DNA of 64,000 nucleotides from Pristiophorus japonicus (taxonomy: Eukaryota), in NCBI RefSeq assembly GCF_044704955.1, contig NC_091999.1:44702001-44766000 (forward strand), read 5' to 3'. Made by a program: the position numbers and the translations under genes. Below the pieces are notes generated by a model. It saw only the letters and a list, made by a program, of their open reading frames with translations. It searched no databases and had not been told where the DNA came from. Shown piece by piece: positions 12,040-26,569 of the stretch (positions are counted from its first letter, which is position 1; each line of letters starts with the position of its first letter).

Positions 12040-15000
12040 TTACTGCACTAGATCCTGTCCCTGCTGAGATTACACTAGATCCTATCCCTGTTTACATTAT
12101 TCGAGACCCTGTCTCTGTTTATATTAACTTGGACCCTATCTCTCTTTACATTACACTAGATATTGTCTCTGTTTATAGTACACCAGGTCCCGTTTCTGTT
12201 TATATTACACGAGACCCTGTCTCCGTTTATATTTCACGAGACTCTGTCTCAGTCTTTACTCCACTACACCATGTCTCTGTTTATATTACACTAGACCCTG
12301 TCTCTGTTTATATTACGCTAGAACCTCTCGCTGTTTATGTTATACTAGACCCTGTCTCTGTTTATATTTCACCAGACCCTGTCTCTGATATATTACACTA
12401 GACCCTGTCTCTGTTTATATTACCCTAGAACCTGTCTCAGTTTATATTGCACGACCCTGTCTCTGTTTATATTACACTAGACCCTTTCCCTGGTTAAGTT
12501 ACACTCGCCCATATATCTCTTTATATTACACTAGAACCTGTTTCTTTTTATGTTGCACTAGAGCCTGTCTCTGTTTATCTTGCACTCGGCCCAGTCTCTA
12601 TTTAAATCACTCTAGACGCTGGCTCAGTTATAATTCATTGCAACTTATCTATGCTTATATTAGGCCTTACATCTCAGATGGAATATTATTGACAATTTTG
12701 TGCACCACATTTCCATAACGATGTACAGACACTAAAAAGGGTACTGAAGAGGTGTAACTAGTTGTTACCAGCGATGAGGGACTTCAATTAGAGAGTTCAA
12801 AAGTTAGAGCTGTTCTCCTGTAAAAGAGAAGTTTAACTAGCGACCTAATAGTTGTCTTCAACATGATAACTAGTTTTCTAATGTAGAGGAAATATGATGG
12901 GACATGTCTTCACCGAGAGGGTGGTGGAGTCTGAAACGCACTATATGAAATATTGGTAGAGGCAGGAAATCTCAACATATATAAAAGATTCTTGAATGTT
13001 CAGTTAACGTGTCGTAACCTACAGGCTACTGAACACGAGCTGGAAAGTGGGATTAGGCAAGATAGCTCTTGGTCGGCTGGCACTATACAATGAGCTGAAA
13101 TGGCCTCCTTCCGTGCTGTCAATTTCTAAGATTCTATGATATATTATATCGGCTCCCACTAAGCAGAGGTCCTAGATTTAAAAGCATTGGCATAAGATCA
13201 GGAGCGGAGAAGAGCAGAATTGGTTTTCACTCAGGGTCAGCAGAGGCACGATGGACCGAATAGCTTCCTTTAAGCTGTAATTGTCTGTGACACTATGAAA
13301 TTACAGCAGATTGTTTCTCAGTTTTTACTACAATACACCATGTCTCTGTTTATATTATACTAGACCCTGTCTCTGTTATTCTTACGCTAGGCCCTGTCTC
13401 TCTTTATATTACGCTAGACCCTCTCGCTGTTTATGTTACACTAGACCCTGTCTCTGTTTATATTACACCAGACCCTGTCTCTGTTTATATTACACTAGAC
13501 CCTGTCTCTGTTTATATTACCCTAGAACCTGTCTCAGTTCATATTACACGACCCTGTCTCTGTTTATATTACACTAGACCCTTTCGTTGGTTATGTTATA
13601 CTCGCCCATATATCTATTTATATTACACTAGAACCTGTCTCTTTTTATGTTACACTAGAGCCTGTCTCTCTATATCTTGCACTAGGCCCAGTCTCTATTT
13701 AAATCACTCTAGACGCTGGCTCAGTTATTAATTCATTGCAACTTATCTCTACTTATATTTGGCCTTAGACCTCAGTTGGAATATCATGGACAGTTTTGAG
13801 CACCACATTTCCATAACGATGTACAGACACTAAAAAGGGTACTGAAGAGGTTTAACCGGTTGTTACCAGCGATGAGGGACTTCAATTAGAGATTTAAAAA
13901 GTTAGAACTGTTCTCCTGTAACAGAGAAGTTTAACTAGCGACCTAATAGATGTCTTCAACATGATAACTAGTTTTCTAATGTAGAGGAGATATGAGGGAA
14001 CATGTCTTCACCGAGAGGGTGGTGGAGTCTGAAACGCACTATATGAAATATTGATAGAGGCAGGAAATCTCAACATATATAAAAGATTCTTGAATGTTCA
14101 GTTAACGCGTCGTAACCTACAGGCTACTGAACACGGCAGGATAGCTCTTGGTCGGCTGGCGCTATATAATGAGCTGAAATGGCCTCCTTCCATGCTGTAA
14201 ATTTCTAAGATTCTATGATATATTGTATCGGCTCCCACTAAGTAGAGGTCCTAGATTTTAAAGCATTGGCATAAGATCAAGAGCGGAGAAGAGCAGAATT
14301 GGTTTTCACTCAGGGTCAGCAGAGGCACGATGGATCGAATAGCTTCCTTTAAGCTATAATTGTCTGTGACACTATGAAATCACGGCAGATTGTTTCTCAG
14401 TTTTTACTCCACTACACCATGTCTCTGTTTATATTACACTAGACCCTGTCGCTCTTTATATTACACTAGGCCCTGTCTCGGTTTATATTACACTAGACCC
14501 TATCTCTGTTTATATTGCACCAGACCCTGTCTCTGTTTATATTACACCAAACCCTGTCTCTGTTTATATTATGCTAGATGCTCTCGCTGTTTAAATGACA
14601 CTAGACCCTGTCTCTGTTTATATTACACCAGACCCTGTCTCTGTTTATATTACACCAGACCCTGCCTCTGTTTATATTATAATTAGACCCCGTCTCTGTT
14701 TATATTACACCAGATCCTGTCTCTGTTTATATTACACTAGACCCTATCTCTGTTTATATTTCATTAGACCCTGTCTCTGTCTACATTACCCTCGACCCTG
14801 TCTCTGTTTACTTTACACTAGACCTTGTCTCTGCTCATGCTACACTGGATCCTGTCTGTGTATATAATATACTAGAGCCTAACTCTGTTTATATACCATG
14901 CCTCTGTATACATTACATGAGACCCTACCTCTGTTTATATTACACCAGGCCCTGTCTCTGTTTATATTACCCTAGTCCATGTCTCTTTATATATTACAGT

Positions 15001-15250
15001 AGAGCCTGTCTCTGTTTACATTATACTAGACCCTGTATCTGTTATATTATACTGGACCATGTCTCTTTATATATTGCACGAGACCCGGTCTCTGTTTATT
15101 TTACACCAGGTCCTGTCTGTGTTTATATTGCACTGGATCCTGTCTCGATTTATATTGCACTGGATCCTGTTTCTTTTTATATTACACTCGACATTGTCAC
15201 TGTTTAAATTACCAAGACCCTATCTCTGTTTATATTACACGAGATCCTGT
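12040..15250 (+). repeat. 27-bp minisatellite arrays interleaved with a tandemly duplicated CR1 3' remnant (12650-13310, 13750-14390)
   Basis: The YYTRPCLCL-repeat ORFs reflect the 27-bp period; ~1.1-kb direct duplication. Confidence 0.9.
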
Positions 15251-15256
15251 GCGATT

Positions 15257-16624
15257 TTAAAAAGGAGACTGCAAAAAGCAGGAAACTATAGGCAAGTTAG
15301 CCTAACATCTGTCGTTGGGAAAATACAGGACTCCATTATTAAGGAAGCAGTAGCGAGATATTTGGAAATGCATAATTCAATTAATCAAAGTCAGCATGGT
15401 TTTATGAAAAGGAATTCATGTTTGACATATTTGCTTGTGTTCATTGAGGATGTAACGATTAGGGTAGATAAGGGAGAACCAGTGGATGTGTTATATTTGG
15501 ATTTCCAGAAAGCAATCGATTAGGTGCCACATAAAAGATTCCTGCACAAGATAAAAGTTCAAGGGGTTGGGGCGAATGTCTTAGCATAGATAGAGCTTTA
15601 GATAACTAACAGAAAACAGAGAGTCGGGATAAATGGGTCATTTTCCCGTAGGGAAACAGTGACTAGTGTGGTGCCGCAGGGATCGGTGCAATCTATTTTA
15701 ATGTCTTGGATGAAGGGACAGAGTGTAATGTAGCCAAGTTTGCTGATGATAAACAGATGGGTGGGAAAACAAATTGTGAGGAGGACACAAAATATCTGCA
15801 AAGGGATATAGACAGGCTAAGTGAGTGGGCAAAAGTTTGGCAGATGGAGTATAATGTGGGAAAATGTGAGGTTATCCACTTTTGCTGGAAAAATTAGAAA
15901 AGCAAATTTTAATTTAAATGAAGAAAAATTGCTAAGTGCTGCAGGACAGAGAGACCTGTGTGTCCTTGTGCTTGAAACACAAAACGTTAGTATGCAGGCA
16001 CTGCAAGTAATCAGGAAGGCAAATGGAATTCTGGCCTTTATTGCAAGGGGCATAAAGTATGTAAGCAAAGGAGGCCTGCTGCAACTGTACAGGGTATTGG
16101 TGAGGCCACACCTGATGCACAGCGTACAGTTTTGGTCTCTGTATTGAAGGAAGGATATACGTGCTGTTCAGAGAAGATTCACTAAGTTGATTCCGGATAT
16201 GATGCGGATGACTTATGAAGATAGGTTGAGTAGGTTGGGCCTATACACATTGGAGTTAAGTACAATGAGAAGGGATCTTATCGAAACGCATAAGGTAATG
16301 TAGGCCTCGACAAGTTGGATGCAGAGAGGATATTTGCACTCATCGGGGAAAATAAAATTTGGGACATAGTTTTAGAATAAGGGACTGCCCATTTAAAGCT
16401 GATATGAGGAGGAATTTCTTCTCTCAGAGGACTGCAAATCTGTGTAATTCGCTGTCCCAGAGAGCTGTGGAGGCAGGATCATTGATTATATTTAAGGCGG
16501 ATATCAGCAGATTTTTGAGCGATAAGGGAATGAACGGTTATGGGGAGCGGGCAGGGAAGTGCAGCTCTGTCCATGATCAGATCAGCTTACACCTGCTCCT
16601 ATTTCTTAAGTTCTTATGTTCTTA
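15257..16624 (+). mobile_element. 5'-truncated CR1 LINE, older subfamily
   Basis: GNYR.VSLTSVVGK...FADD...; (CTTATGTT) tail. Confidence 0.9.
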
Positions 16625-16679
16625 GGATTCTATGACAATGTTTACACTGGCAGGAGGGCTATTATCCGGAGGACACAAC

Positions 16680-17960
16680 TATTGTTGCACAAGACCATGC
16701 CTCAGGTTATATTGTACTAGGCACTGTCTTTGTTTTGATTTTATTAAGACCTGTCTCATTTATTACTGCACAGGGCCCTGACTCCGTTGATATTATATTA
16801 GACCCTGTCACAGTTATTTCTGCACTAGACTCTGTCTTTGTTTATATTAGATCAGAGTTGTTTCTCTTTTTATAATATTAAACCCTGTCTCAGTTATTAC
16901 TGCACTAGTCCAGTCTCTGTTTACATTACACAGAACCTTTCTCTGATTTCAGGGCTGTAGGCACGGACGCAGTTACCGTTCTGCTAAACAATGTTTCTCT
17001 TTATATTACATTCAACCGTGTCTCTGTTTATATTACATTGGGCCCTCTCTCAGTTATTACTGTACTAGGCCCGTTTTTTTAATATATTACACAAGATTTT
17101 TCTGTTTATATTGTACTAGAACCGATCTCTGTTAAATTACACTAGATCCTGTCTCTGTTTATATTACACTAGACCCTGTCTCGTTTATATTACACTAGAT
17201 CCTGTCTCTGTTTATACTACGCTCCACCATGTCACTGTTTATAGTACTCTACATCCTGCCTCTGTTTATATTACACTAGACCCTGTCTCTGTTTATACTA
17301 CGCTAGATCATGTTACTGTTTATATTGCACTATATCATGTCTCTGTTTATATTACACTAGACCACGTCTCTGTTTATAATACACTAGATACTGTCCGTAT
17401 TTATATTACACGAGAACATATCTCTGTTTATATTACACTAGATCCTCTCTCGGTTTATGTCACATTAGACCCTGCCTCTGTTTGTATTAAACTCGAACCT
17501 GCCTCCGTTTATTTTACACTAGACGCTGCCTCTGCTTATACTACATTACACCCTGTCTCTGTTTATGTTACACTAGGCCCTGTCCCTGTTTACAGTACAC
17601 TAGTCCATGTCCCTGTTTATATTACACTCAAATCTGTCTCTGTTTATGTTAAATTAGACACTGTCTCTTTTTAAAGGCCTCTAGGCCCTGTCTAAGTTAC
17701 CATTCTGCTAAATCATGTTTTTTTTTACATTACATTCAACGGTATTTCTGTTTATATAAAGTAGGGCCCTGTCTTAGTTATTACTGCACTAGACCCTGTC
17801 TTTTGCTATATATTACACGAGCCCATTTCCCTGTTTATATTAAACTAGACCCTGCCTATGTTTATATTACACAACGCCTGTTTCTGTTTATATTCCACTG
17901 GACCCTGTTTCTGTTTATATTACACTAGAAGTTGTCACTGTTTATTTCATGCTCGATCCT
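16680..17960 (+). repeat. 27-bp minisatellite array
   Basis: Tandem 27-bp units. Confidence 0.9.
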
Positions 17961-17967
17961 GTCGCCA

Positions 17968-18770
17968 TCTAAAAAAGGACGTAGACAAAAGCAGTAAACT
18001 ATAGACCAGTTTGCCTAACATCTGTCGTTGGGAAAATGCTGGAGTCCATTATTAAGGAAGCAGGAACGGGCATTTGGAAAAGTATAATTCAATCAAGCAG
18101 AGTTAACATGGTTTTATGAAAGGGAAATAATGTTTGACAAATTTGTTGGATGTCTGTAAGGTTGTAACGAGCAGGCTGGATAAAGTAGAACAAGTGAATG
18201 TAGTGTATTTGCATTTCCAGAAGGCAATCGATTAGCTGCTACATAAAAGGTTCCTGCACAAGATAAAATTTCACAGGGTTTGGGGGTGATATATTAGCGT
18301 AGATAGAGTATTGGTTAAATAACAGAAAACAGAGAACTGGCTTAAATGGGTCATTTTCCGGTTGGAAATTGTGTTGTGTGGTGCCGCAGGGATCGTGCTG
18401 TGGCCTCAACTATTTACATTCTATATTAATGACATGGATGACGGGACTGAGTGTAATATAGCCAAATTTGCTGATGATAGAAAGATGGATGGGAAAGCAA
18501 ACTATGAGGAGAACACAAAAGATCTGCAAAGCGATATAGCCAGGCTAAGTGTGTGGTCAAAAATTTGGCAGATGGAATATAACGTGGGAAAATGTGATGT
18601 TATCCATTTTGTCAGAAAAAATAGAAAAGCAAATTCTAATATAAATGAAGAAAAATTGCAAAGTGCTGCAGTACAGAGGGACCTGGGTGTCCTTGTGTTT
18701 GAAACACAAAAAGTTAGCATGCTGTTACAGCAGATAATCAGGAAGACAAATGGTATGTTGACCTTTATTG
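17968..18770 (+). mobile_element. CR1 RT fragment with the same 5' truncation point as the copy at 15257
   Basis: YINDMDDGTECNIAKFADD; same array-to-CR1 junction (GATCCTGT...TAAAAA..GGA). Confidence 0.85.
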
Positions 18771-19350
18771 GTACTGTACTAGACTCTGCTTATTTTAATA
18801 TTGCACAGTGCCCTGCCTCATTTATTATTGCTCTTGACCCGATGTCTAGTTATATTGCACTATGCCCTGCATCTGTTCATATTACACTGGGCCATACCTC
18901 AGTTATTACTGCACTAAGCCATGTCGCTGTTTATATTACACAATGTTCTCCCTGTTATACTGCATGAGAACACGTCTCTCTTCATAATACAGTAGGCCCT
19001 GTCTCAGTTATTACAGCACTGCGCTGTGCCCCTTTTCATATAGTCTCATATTAAATACTGTCTCATTTGTTGCTGCCCACTGGTATGTATCTCTCATATT
19101 ACATGAAACCTTGCCTCAGTTATAATGCACTAAGCAATGTCTATGTTTATAATACACTGGGTACTCTCCGTTATTACCATCGATACCATCTCTCTAGTTA
19201 TATGACATTCGGCACTGTCACAGTTAATACTACACGAAACGACGTCTCCTCTTTATATTGCTCTAGGTTTTGTCTCTGTTATTAATGCATTAGACCATTC
19301 TTCTCTACAAATTACACGATACACTTTCTTAATTAGTACTGAACTATGCC
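18770..19350 (+). repeat. Highly degenerate 27-bp minisatellite
   Basis: Decayed TTATTACTGCACTAG/TTATATTACAC units. Confidence 0.7.
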
Positions 19351-19489
19351 ATGCCTCTATTCAATTAGATGACGGATGATCGACATCTTAACTCCATCGA
19401 CCAGCTTTGGTTCCGTCACCCGTAATCTCCTAACCGAACCAAAATCTACCAATCAATCTCTGGCAGCAATTAGAAAATAATGCCTCTGC

Positions 19490-20312
19490 CTGTTAAAGCC
19501 TTCCCTTTATGAAGGGATTTGATACGGTTAAAAGTGAGACAGTGTTTACACTGAAAGGAGTGTCGGTAACCAGAGGATACATATTTAAGATCATTTGCAA
19601 CAAAAAAACAGAAGGGAGATGTGGAGATGTTTTAATGTAGCAAGTGGTTCTGATCTGGAATGCAGAAGATATACACTATCGTTCGTTTTTAAGAATAGAG
19701 ATTTAGGGTGCAAATGCAAGGAACATACAGCTAAACATCTGTAAAATATTGGTTATACTCCAGCTGGAGTATTGTGTTTGATTCTGAGAGCCACATTTAG
19801 GAAAAATTGAACGGCCTTGGAAAGGGTGCTTGGGGAATTTACTAGAATAGTACCTTGGACAAAATACTTCAATTCAGTGAAGACACTCGGGGCATTGAGA
19901 TTGTTGTCATTAGAGCGGAGAAGGTTAAAAGGAGCTTTTACAAACATGTTCAAGACCGTGAATGATTCTGACACTTGAAATAAGAAGACAATTTTGCAGT
20001 GGCTGAAGGGTCTGTAACCAGATGACACACATTTAAGGAATTGGCAAAAGAGCCCGAGGCGAAATGAGGAAAAAGAAATACACAATGAGCTGTTATGATC
20101 TGGAATACTCTATCTGATATGGTGGTGCTTTCGGTATTAAATTTCAAAAGTGAATTGTATAAATAATTGAACTGGAAATAATGCAGAGTTATTGGGAAAT
20201 AGCAGGGGTAGTGGGACCAAACGGTTAGCTGTTTCAACTCAGTCAGGGACAGGCACCAGAGAGCTGAATATGCACGGTGTGTGCTGTATCATTCTTCCAT
20301 TCTGCGATTCTA
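19490..20312 (+). mobile_element. Old CR1 3' remnants
   Basis: PQLEYC motif and a decayed (ATTCT) tail. Confidence 0.65.
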
Positions 20313-20432
20313 TATCTACATCATGTCTCGGTTCATATTACACTAAGACCCCTCTCGGTTTATAAAACACTGGTTCCTGCCGCAGTTATTATTGCACTGG
20401 TCAAGGCATTTTTTTATATCACGCCATGAGTT

Positions 20433-21360
20433 TAGAACACAAGAACATAAGAAAATAAGAAATAGGAGCAGGAGTAGGCCATTTGTCCCTTCGAGCCTGC
20501 TCTGCCATTTAATAAGTTCATGGCTGGTCTGATCATGGACTCAGCTCCAATGCCCTGCCCGCTCCTCCTAACCCTTTAATCACTTATTGCTCAAAAATCT
20601 GTCCATCTCTGCCTTACATACATTCAATGACGCAGCCTTCACGCCTCTCTGTTGCAGAGAATTACACAGATTTACAAGCCTCTGAGAGCAGAAATTCCTC
20701 CTCATCTCAGTTTTAAATGGCAGCACCTTATTCTGAGATTAAGCCTCCTAATTTTAGTTTCCCCTGTGAGTGGAAATGTCCTCTCTGCATCCACCTTCTC
20801 GAACCCCTTCATTATGTTATAAGTTGCGATAAGATCATCTCACATTTTCTGAACTCCAACATGTATAGGCCCAACCTACTCAACTTTTCTTCATACATAT
20901 ATCCGCTCTTCTCCGGAATCAATCTAATGAACCTCCTCTGAAAAGTCTCCAATGCATATATAACCTTCCTTAAATTCGGAGAACAAAACTTTACGCAGTA
21001 CTCCAGCTGTGGCCTCACCAATACCCTGTAGAGTTGTAGCAGGACGTCTCTGCTTTTGTACTCAATTCCCTTTGCAATAAAGGCCAACATTCCATTTGCC
21101 TTCCTGAATACTTGCTTTACCTGCATAGTAATATTTTGTGTTTCATGCACAAGTACACCCAGGTCCCTCTGTACCGCAGCACTTTGCAATTTATGTCCAT
21201 TTAAATTATAATTTGCTTTCTTATTTTTTTCTGCCAAAGTAGATAATCTGAGATTTTCACCGTTATAATCCATCTGCCAAATTTTTGTCCAGTCACTTAG
21301 CCTGTCTATATCACCTTGCAGATTTTTTTAGTGTCTTCATCACAATTTGCTATTGCACCC
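20433..21360 (-). mobile_element. CR1 LINE 3' fragment
   Basis: ORF 20812-21273 (LQLYRVLVRPQLEYCV); AAGAACAT tail. Confidence 0.9.
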
Positions 21361-21459
21361 AAAATGTATTTTTACCCAACCACTTGAATGGCCCCATTAA
21401 CTCCGTGTTGTGGTCAGTTTACTCATCCTCCCAGCAGTCCCTCTCTTGGTTCTCGATGC

Positions 21460-22010
21460 CCTGGACCCTGTCACAGTTATTAATGCACTAGACCCAGTCT
21501 CTGTTTATATTACACTGGACCCTGTCTCTGTTTAATTAACACACGTCCCTATCTCTATTTATATTATACTAGACCTTGTCTCTGTTTATATTACATTAGA
21601 CCCTGCCCCTGTTTATATTACACCAGAACCTGTCTCTGTTTATATTCAACTAGCCCCAGTCTCTGTTTATATTACACTAGACCCTGTCATGGTTTATATT
21701 ACACAAGCCCCTGTCTCTGTTTATGTTACACTAGGCCCTGTCTCTATTTATATTACACTTGTCCCTATCTCAGTGTATATTACACTAGACTCGTTCCTTG
21801 TTTATATTACACTGGACCATGGCTCTGTTTATATTATACTAGGCACTGTCTCAGTTATTCCTGCCATAGACCATGGCTGAAATATATTATAATAAATTCC
21901 TGTCTCTCTTCATGTTACTTTGCATCTTGTCTAAACTATTAGTGCGCTGGATCCTGTCTGTATTTCTTATACCATAGAACCTGCCTCAGTTATTACTGCA
22001 CTTGCGCATG
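21460..22010 (+). repeat. 27-bp minisatellite array
   Basis: Tandem 27-bp units. Confidence 0.9.
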
Positions 22011-22986
22011 CGTCTGTTACATAAGCAGACGATATAAAGAGAGATCGATAGATATTAATATAAATAAAGATGTGTGTATGTGTAGGTGTGAGGATGCAAT
22101 ACTTTTTTGTTTGGAAGTATATGTTTAGATTTGTTAACAGCTATCAACACGTGTGTGCAATCTCTAATTGATCTGGTATTATGACGGTAATATTTGCGTT
22201 GAGAGGATGGGGTGAATCTTGTAACAATCTCCCAATGATGGACTGGGATTGAGGGACAGGACGGAAGGTGTGCACTTTGAACTACTGGCAACATCCGTGT
22301 GTTGGAGGTTACTAAATCACAATGTGTTTTCCTGTGTCAATTTCTCCAAGTTCTTTAACGTTAACGATTGTTTTTCATCCAGTATTTTCTATTTAGCTGT
22401 GACGTGACCCACTGAGTATGTCAGACAGAGCCTGGAACCGTGACCTCAGAGCACCGCGGGATGGGCGGCCGCAGGGTCCTAATATCCACCGGAAAAAAAT
22501 TCTCACCTTGTGAAATGAACAACTGAAAAGAGAACACAAAAAGTGTTTGGTATATGTGTATGTGTCTTTGTGTATATGTACGTTTGTGTGTTTATGAATG
22601 TGTGTGTGTGTGTGTGCGTGTGTGTGTGTGACTGTATGTGAGTGTGTACAAAACAATTGCAGACATTCATAATGTGTGCAAGTGCATTCCACAAAGATAA
22701 ATGATTAGCTTCAGCCAATATTTTCCAGCATTTTACTATATTCAAAATGCAATCACAGGTCGTTTAATAGCTTTAAAATGTCTTGATAACCCATTCTCTT
22801 GCTTGCTCTTGTTTAGAAAATGATGTCACTCTGACCATTCTGTTATCAGGTGACCATTTCTGTCAGCAGTATTCAGTGTGAAACGGGATTAAATTACACC
22901 TAGGATAATGAGCATCCAGACGCCAGTCTCTGCTCTTTATCGTCTTGTAATCACCTCATCATCACCCAGAAAACACTGATGTACTC

Positions 22987-23417
22987 GTTGACGGAGCGCA
23001 GCCAAAGTTAACCAAACTGATTCGCGGGATGACAGGATTGACATATGAAAAAAAATTTGATTGACTAGCCTTATATTCGCTGGAATTTAGAAGAATGAGA
23101 GGGGATCTCATAGAATCATATACAATTCTGACGGGATTGGACAGGTTAGAAGTAGGAAGAATGTTCCCGATGTTGGGGAAGTCTAGAACCAGGAGTCACA
23201 GTCTAAGGATAAGGGGTAAGCCATTTAGGACAGAGATGAGGAGAAACTTCTTCACCCAGAGAAATGTGAACCGATGGAATTCTCTACCACAGAAGGTTTT
23301 TGAGTCCAGTTAGTTGGATATATTCAAAAGGGAGTTAGATCTGTCCCTTACGGCTAAAGGGATCAGGGGGTATGGAGAGAAGACAGGAGTGGGGTACTGA
23401 AGATATATGATCAGCCC
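22987..23417 (+). mobile_element. CR1 3' fragment inserted into a pseudogene exon of unit 2
   Basis: MRGDLIE...NRWNSLPQ; absent at the homologous sites near 33290 and 55115. Confidence 0.85.
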
Positions 23418-23554
23418 ATGATAGTAAAAATGAAACTGCACCTGTACCTGGCAGGAGGTTAATAAATCCGTAATTATCTGGCATTATTTCTCTCATTACA
23501 CCAGATCCCGACCCTGTCGCAGGTTTTACTGCACTAGACCCAGTCTCAGTTTAT

Positions 23555-25003
23555 ACGGTTTATGTGGTGGACTTCTAAAAGTTGTTTGATAAAGTGCCAT
23601 AAAAATTTAAACCCATAGAATAAAGTGGACATTGACAGCATGATATATGACAGAGTAGTGGTGACCAGTTATTTTTTGATGGACTGGGGGAAGGTATACT
23701 GTGATATTCTGCAGCGTTTGGTACGAGGAATACTGCGTTTCTTCATTTATATTCATGACTTAGACTTAAGAGTACAGGGTAAAATTTCGAAATTTGCAGA
23801 TGATACAAAACCTGGAAATAGTGTGAACAGTGAGGAGGATAGTGATGACTTCAAGAGGACATAGACATGCTGATGGAAGGGGTGCACTCGTGGCAAATGA
23901 AACGGAGAAAAGTGTGCAATGAATCACTTTTATAAGACGAATGAGGAGAGGAAAAATAAACCAAAGCGTACAATTCTAAAGGAGTTGCATGAACACAGTG
24001 ACCTGATGGTATGTGTGCACAAATCATTGAAGGTGGCAGGGCCGGTTGAGAAAATGGTCAAAAAAGCTTACATGATCCTGGGCATCAAAAATACACACAT
24101 AAAGTACAAAAGAAAGGACGTTATGATGAACGTTTATAAAACACTGGTTAAGCCTCACCTGGAGTATTGTGTCCAATTCTTTAGGAAGGATATAAGGCCT
24201 TAGAGAGGATTCAGAAAATATTTACATTTGTGGTTCTAGTGACACGGTACTTCGGTTAAGTGGATAGTCTGGAGAAGATGGAATTGTTCTCCTTGGAGCA
24301 GGAAGGTTGAGATGAGATTTCATAGAGGTGTTCAGAACACAAGGGGACGAGACAGAGTAGATATCGAGAAACTGTTCCCATTGGTGGAAAAATCGAGAAC
24401 AAAGGGCACAGATTTACGGTGATTAGCAGATTGGAAAATTGCAAATATAATGCCCCTATTTACAGGCAAAAAGCTGGAAACTATAAACCAGTTAGTCTAA
24501 CAGCTGTGCTTGGGAAAATGTTGGAATCCATTATTAAAGAAGCAGTGGCAGAATATTTGGAAATTAAAAATTCGGTCAGGCAGAGTTAGCATGGATTTAT
24601 GAAGGGGAAGTCATGTTTGACACATTTTCTGGAAATCTTTGAGGATGTAACACACAGGGTGGATAAAGAGGAACCAGTGGATGTGATGTATTTGGGCTTT
24701 TAGAAGGCATTTGACAAGGTGCCACATAAAAGGTTACTGCACAAGATAAACATTCACGGGTTTGGGGCTGATATTATAGCAAGGAGAGAGGATTAGCTAA
24801 CTGACAGAAAACAGAGAGTCAGGATCAATGGTTCATTCTAGGGTTGGCAATCAGTAAATATTGGGGTGCTGCAGGGATCAGTGCTGGGAACCCATCTGTA
24901 TACAATCTATCGACTTTGAAGAAGGGATCGAGAGTAACATAGCCAAGTTTTATGATGATACAAAGATGGGAGAAAAAGCAATGTGTGATGAGGACACAAA
25001 AAT
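23555..25003 (+). mobile_element. Old CR1 RT fragments (two adjacent)
   Basis: KISKFADDTK; PHLEYCVQF; second fragment starts near 24425. Confidence 0.85.
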
Positions 25004-25054
25004 ACTCCACTACACCTCAGTAGACCATTCTCAAGTTTATTTTACCCTATCCAT

Positions 25055-25465
25055 CACGTTAAATATTCCCTCCCTCCTCCAACGGTGCAGCATGCCTGCA
25101 ATGATTAAAATCGCCAAGATGCTTTGCAGCAACTCCCCAAGACATCCTCGACAACCCTTTCCAGACCTGCGACCTCTTCCACCTGGAAGGGCAAGGGCAG
25201 CGTGGTCATGGGAACACCATCATCTCCATGTATCCCTCCAAATCACACATCAACCTGACTTGGAAACTTATTACCGTTCCTTCATAGTCGCTGGGTCAAA
25301 TTCGTGGAACCCCCTCCCGAACAATGTGGGGATTCCATCACCACATGGACTGCAGCGGTTCAAGGTGGCAGCTCGCCACCTGCTTTTCAAGGCCAATTCG
25401 GGATAGACCATCAATGCTTGCGTTGTCAGCGACACCCACACCCATATGCAAGGTGCGAATAAAGA
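25055..25465 (+). mobile_element. 3' end of a different L2/CR1-group non-LTR element
   Basis: SL..R.....CSNSPRH.RQ.FP.LRPL.P.R.RAA motif; paralogs at 34665-35225 and 56483-56885. Confidence 0.65.
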
Positions 25466-26569
25466 TATGTCCCTGTATCAGTAATCCTGCACGGGGCCCT
25501 ATCTCAGTTATTACTGCACTAGAACTATTAATATTGTACTCGGCCCGGGAGTAGATATTACTGGAATATGTCATGTCTTTGTTCCTATTACACAAGGCCC
25601 TGTCTCTGTTTATATTAAACTAGACCAGGACATGGATTCTATTACACTAGCCCCATCCTTTTACATTATTAAACTCGACCATACCTCTGTTTATATTCCA
25701 CTTGACCCTGTCTCAGTTATTACTGAACTAAACTCTGTAACTTCCAGGCCAGGTTCAGCATGTGTTAGCTACATAATAAAGCGCCCTCTTCTCTGCACCA
25801 TCAAACATTCCCAGGCCAGGGACAGCATGTGTCAGGTACAGATTAAAGTGCCCTCTATTCTGCCCCATCACATACTCCCAGGGCAGGTATACCTTTAAGC
25901 ATAAACCTCCAGTATCACATTAGTGATGTTGCTGTACATGCTGACGAGAAGGAGTATTTCCCCATTCATTCCGCGGGTATCATCTTTCCTTTATTCTAAT
26001 AAAATTTAGTGAAATGTGCCAAAAAACAATTGTTGCGAGTCTGTTAAGAGATTTGCATTTCTATCTATCTTTATTTCTATGGTGTGTTGGTGGGGAAACA
26101 TTATTGTGTCTCTGTCGCTCAATATTCTAATCTGGGACATCTATTTCTGTGATTATTTACATAAAGGCCTGAATGGTTCCTATGAATTTTTCATGGCAGA
26201 AAAATCATGACAACAGAGTCACTTATTGATTAGTCTCAACTCACAACAAGGGCATATTTTAAGAATATTGACTGTGGGTACACAGAAGTAGCAATATGTC
26301 GAACGGTGACGTTGGCTTCAGCTTTGTTTAATTAGAACAGATGTGATTTATATCAAGGGGAATAAATATTAAAATGAATAATTCAGTACTGAAAGTTCTG
26401 CTGCTGAAATCAGTGGAACATCTCTGAACACGCTGCTATTCCACTGGATCACCATTTCGTGGAAGATTAAACGCATTGAAACTAAGCAATTTCAACCAGT
26501 GACCATCAGTAATATCTGAGCGTTTCACGTATCGCAACTTCTATTTAAGAATGTTGACATTTAGAAAAG

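Noticed and set aside
12129-15207. Cys/Tyr-rich ORFs (YYTRPCLCL)n and (ITLDPVSVY)n
   Set aside because: Translations of the 27-bp minisatellite; open frames follow from the period being a multiple of 3.
25895-26000. ILLLVSMYSNIT as an Ig transmembrane exon, or TVYSNI as an ITSM
   Set aside because: Hydrophobic stretch too short, no KVK tail, no C-domain exons nearby; fits the UPA-start pattern better.
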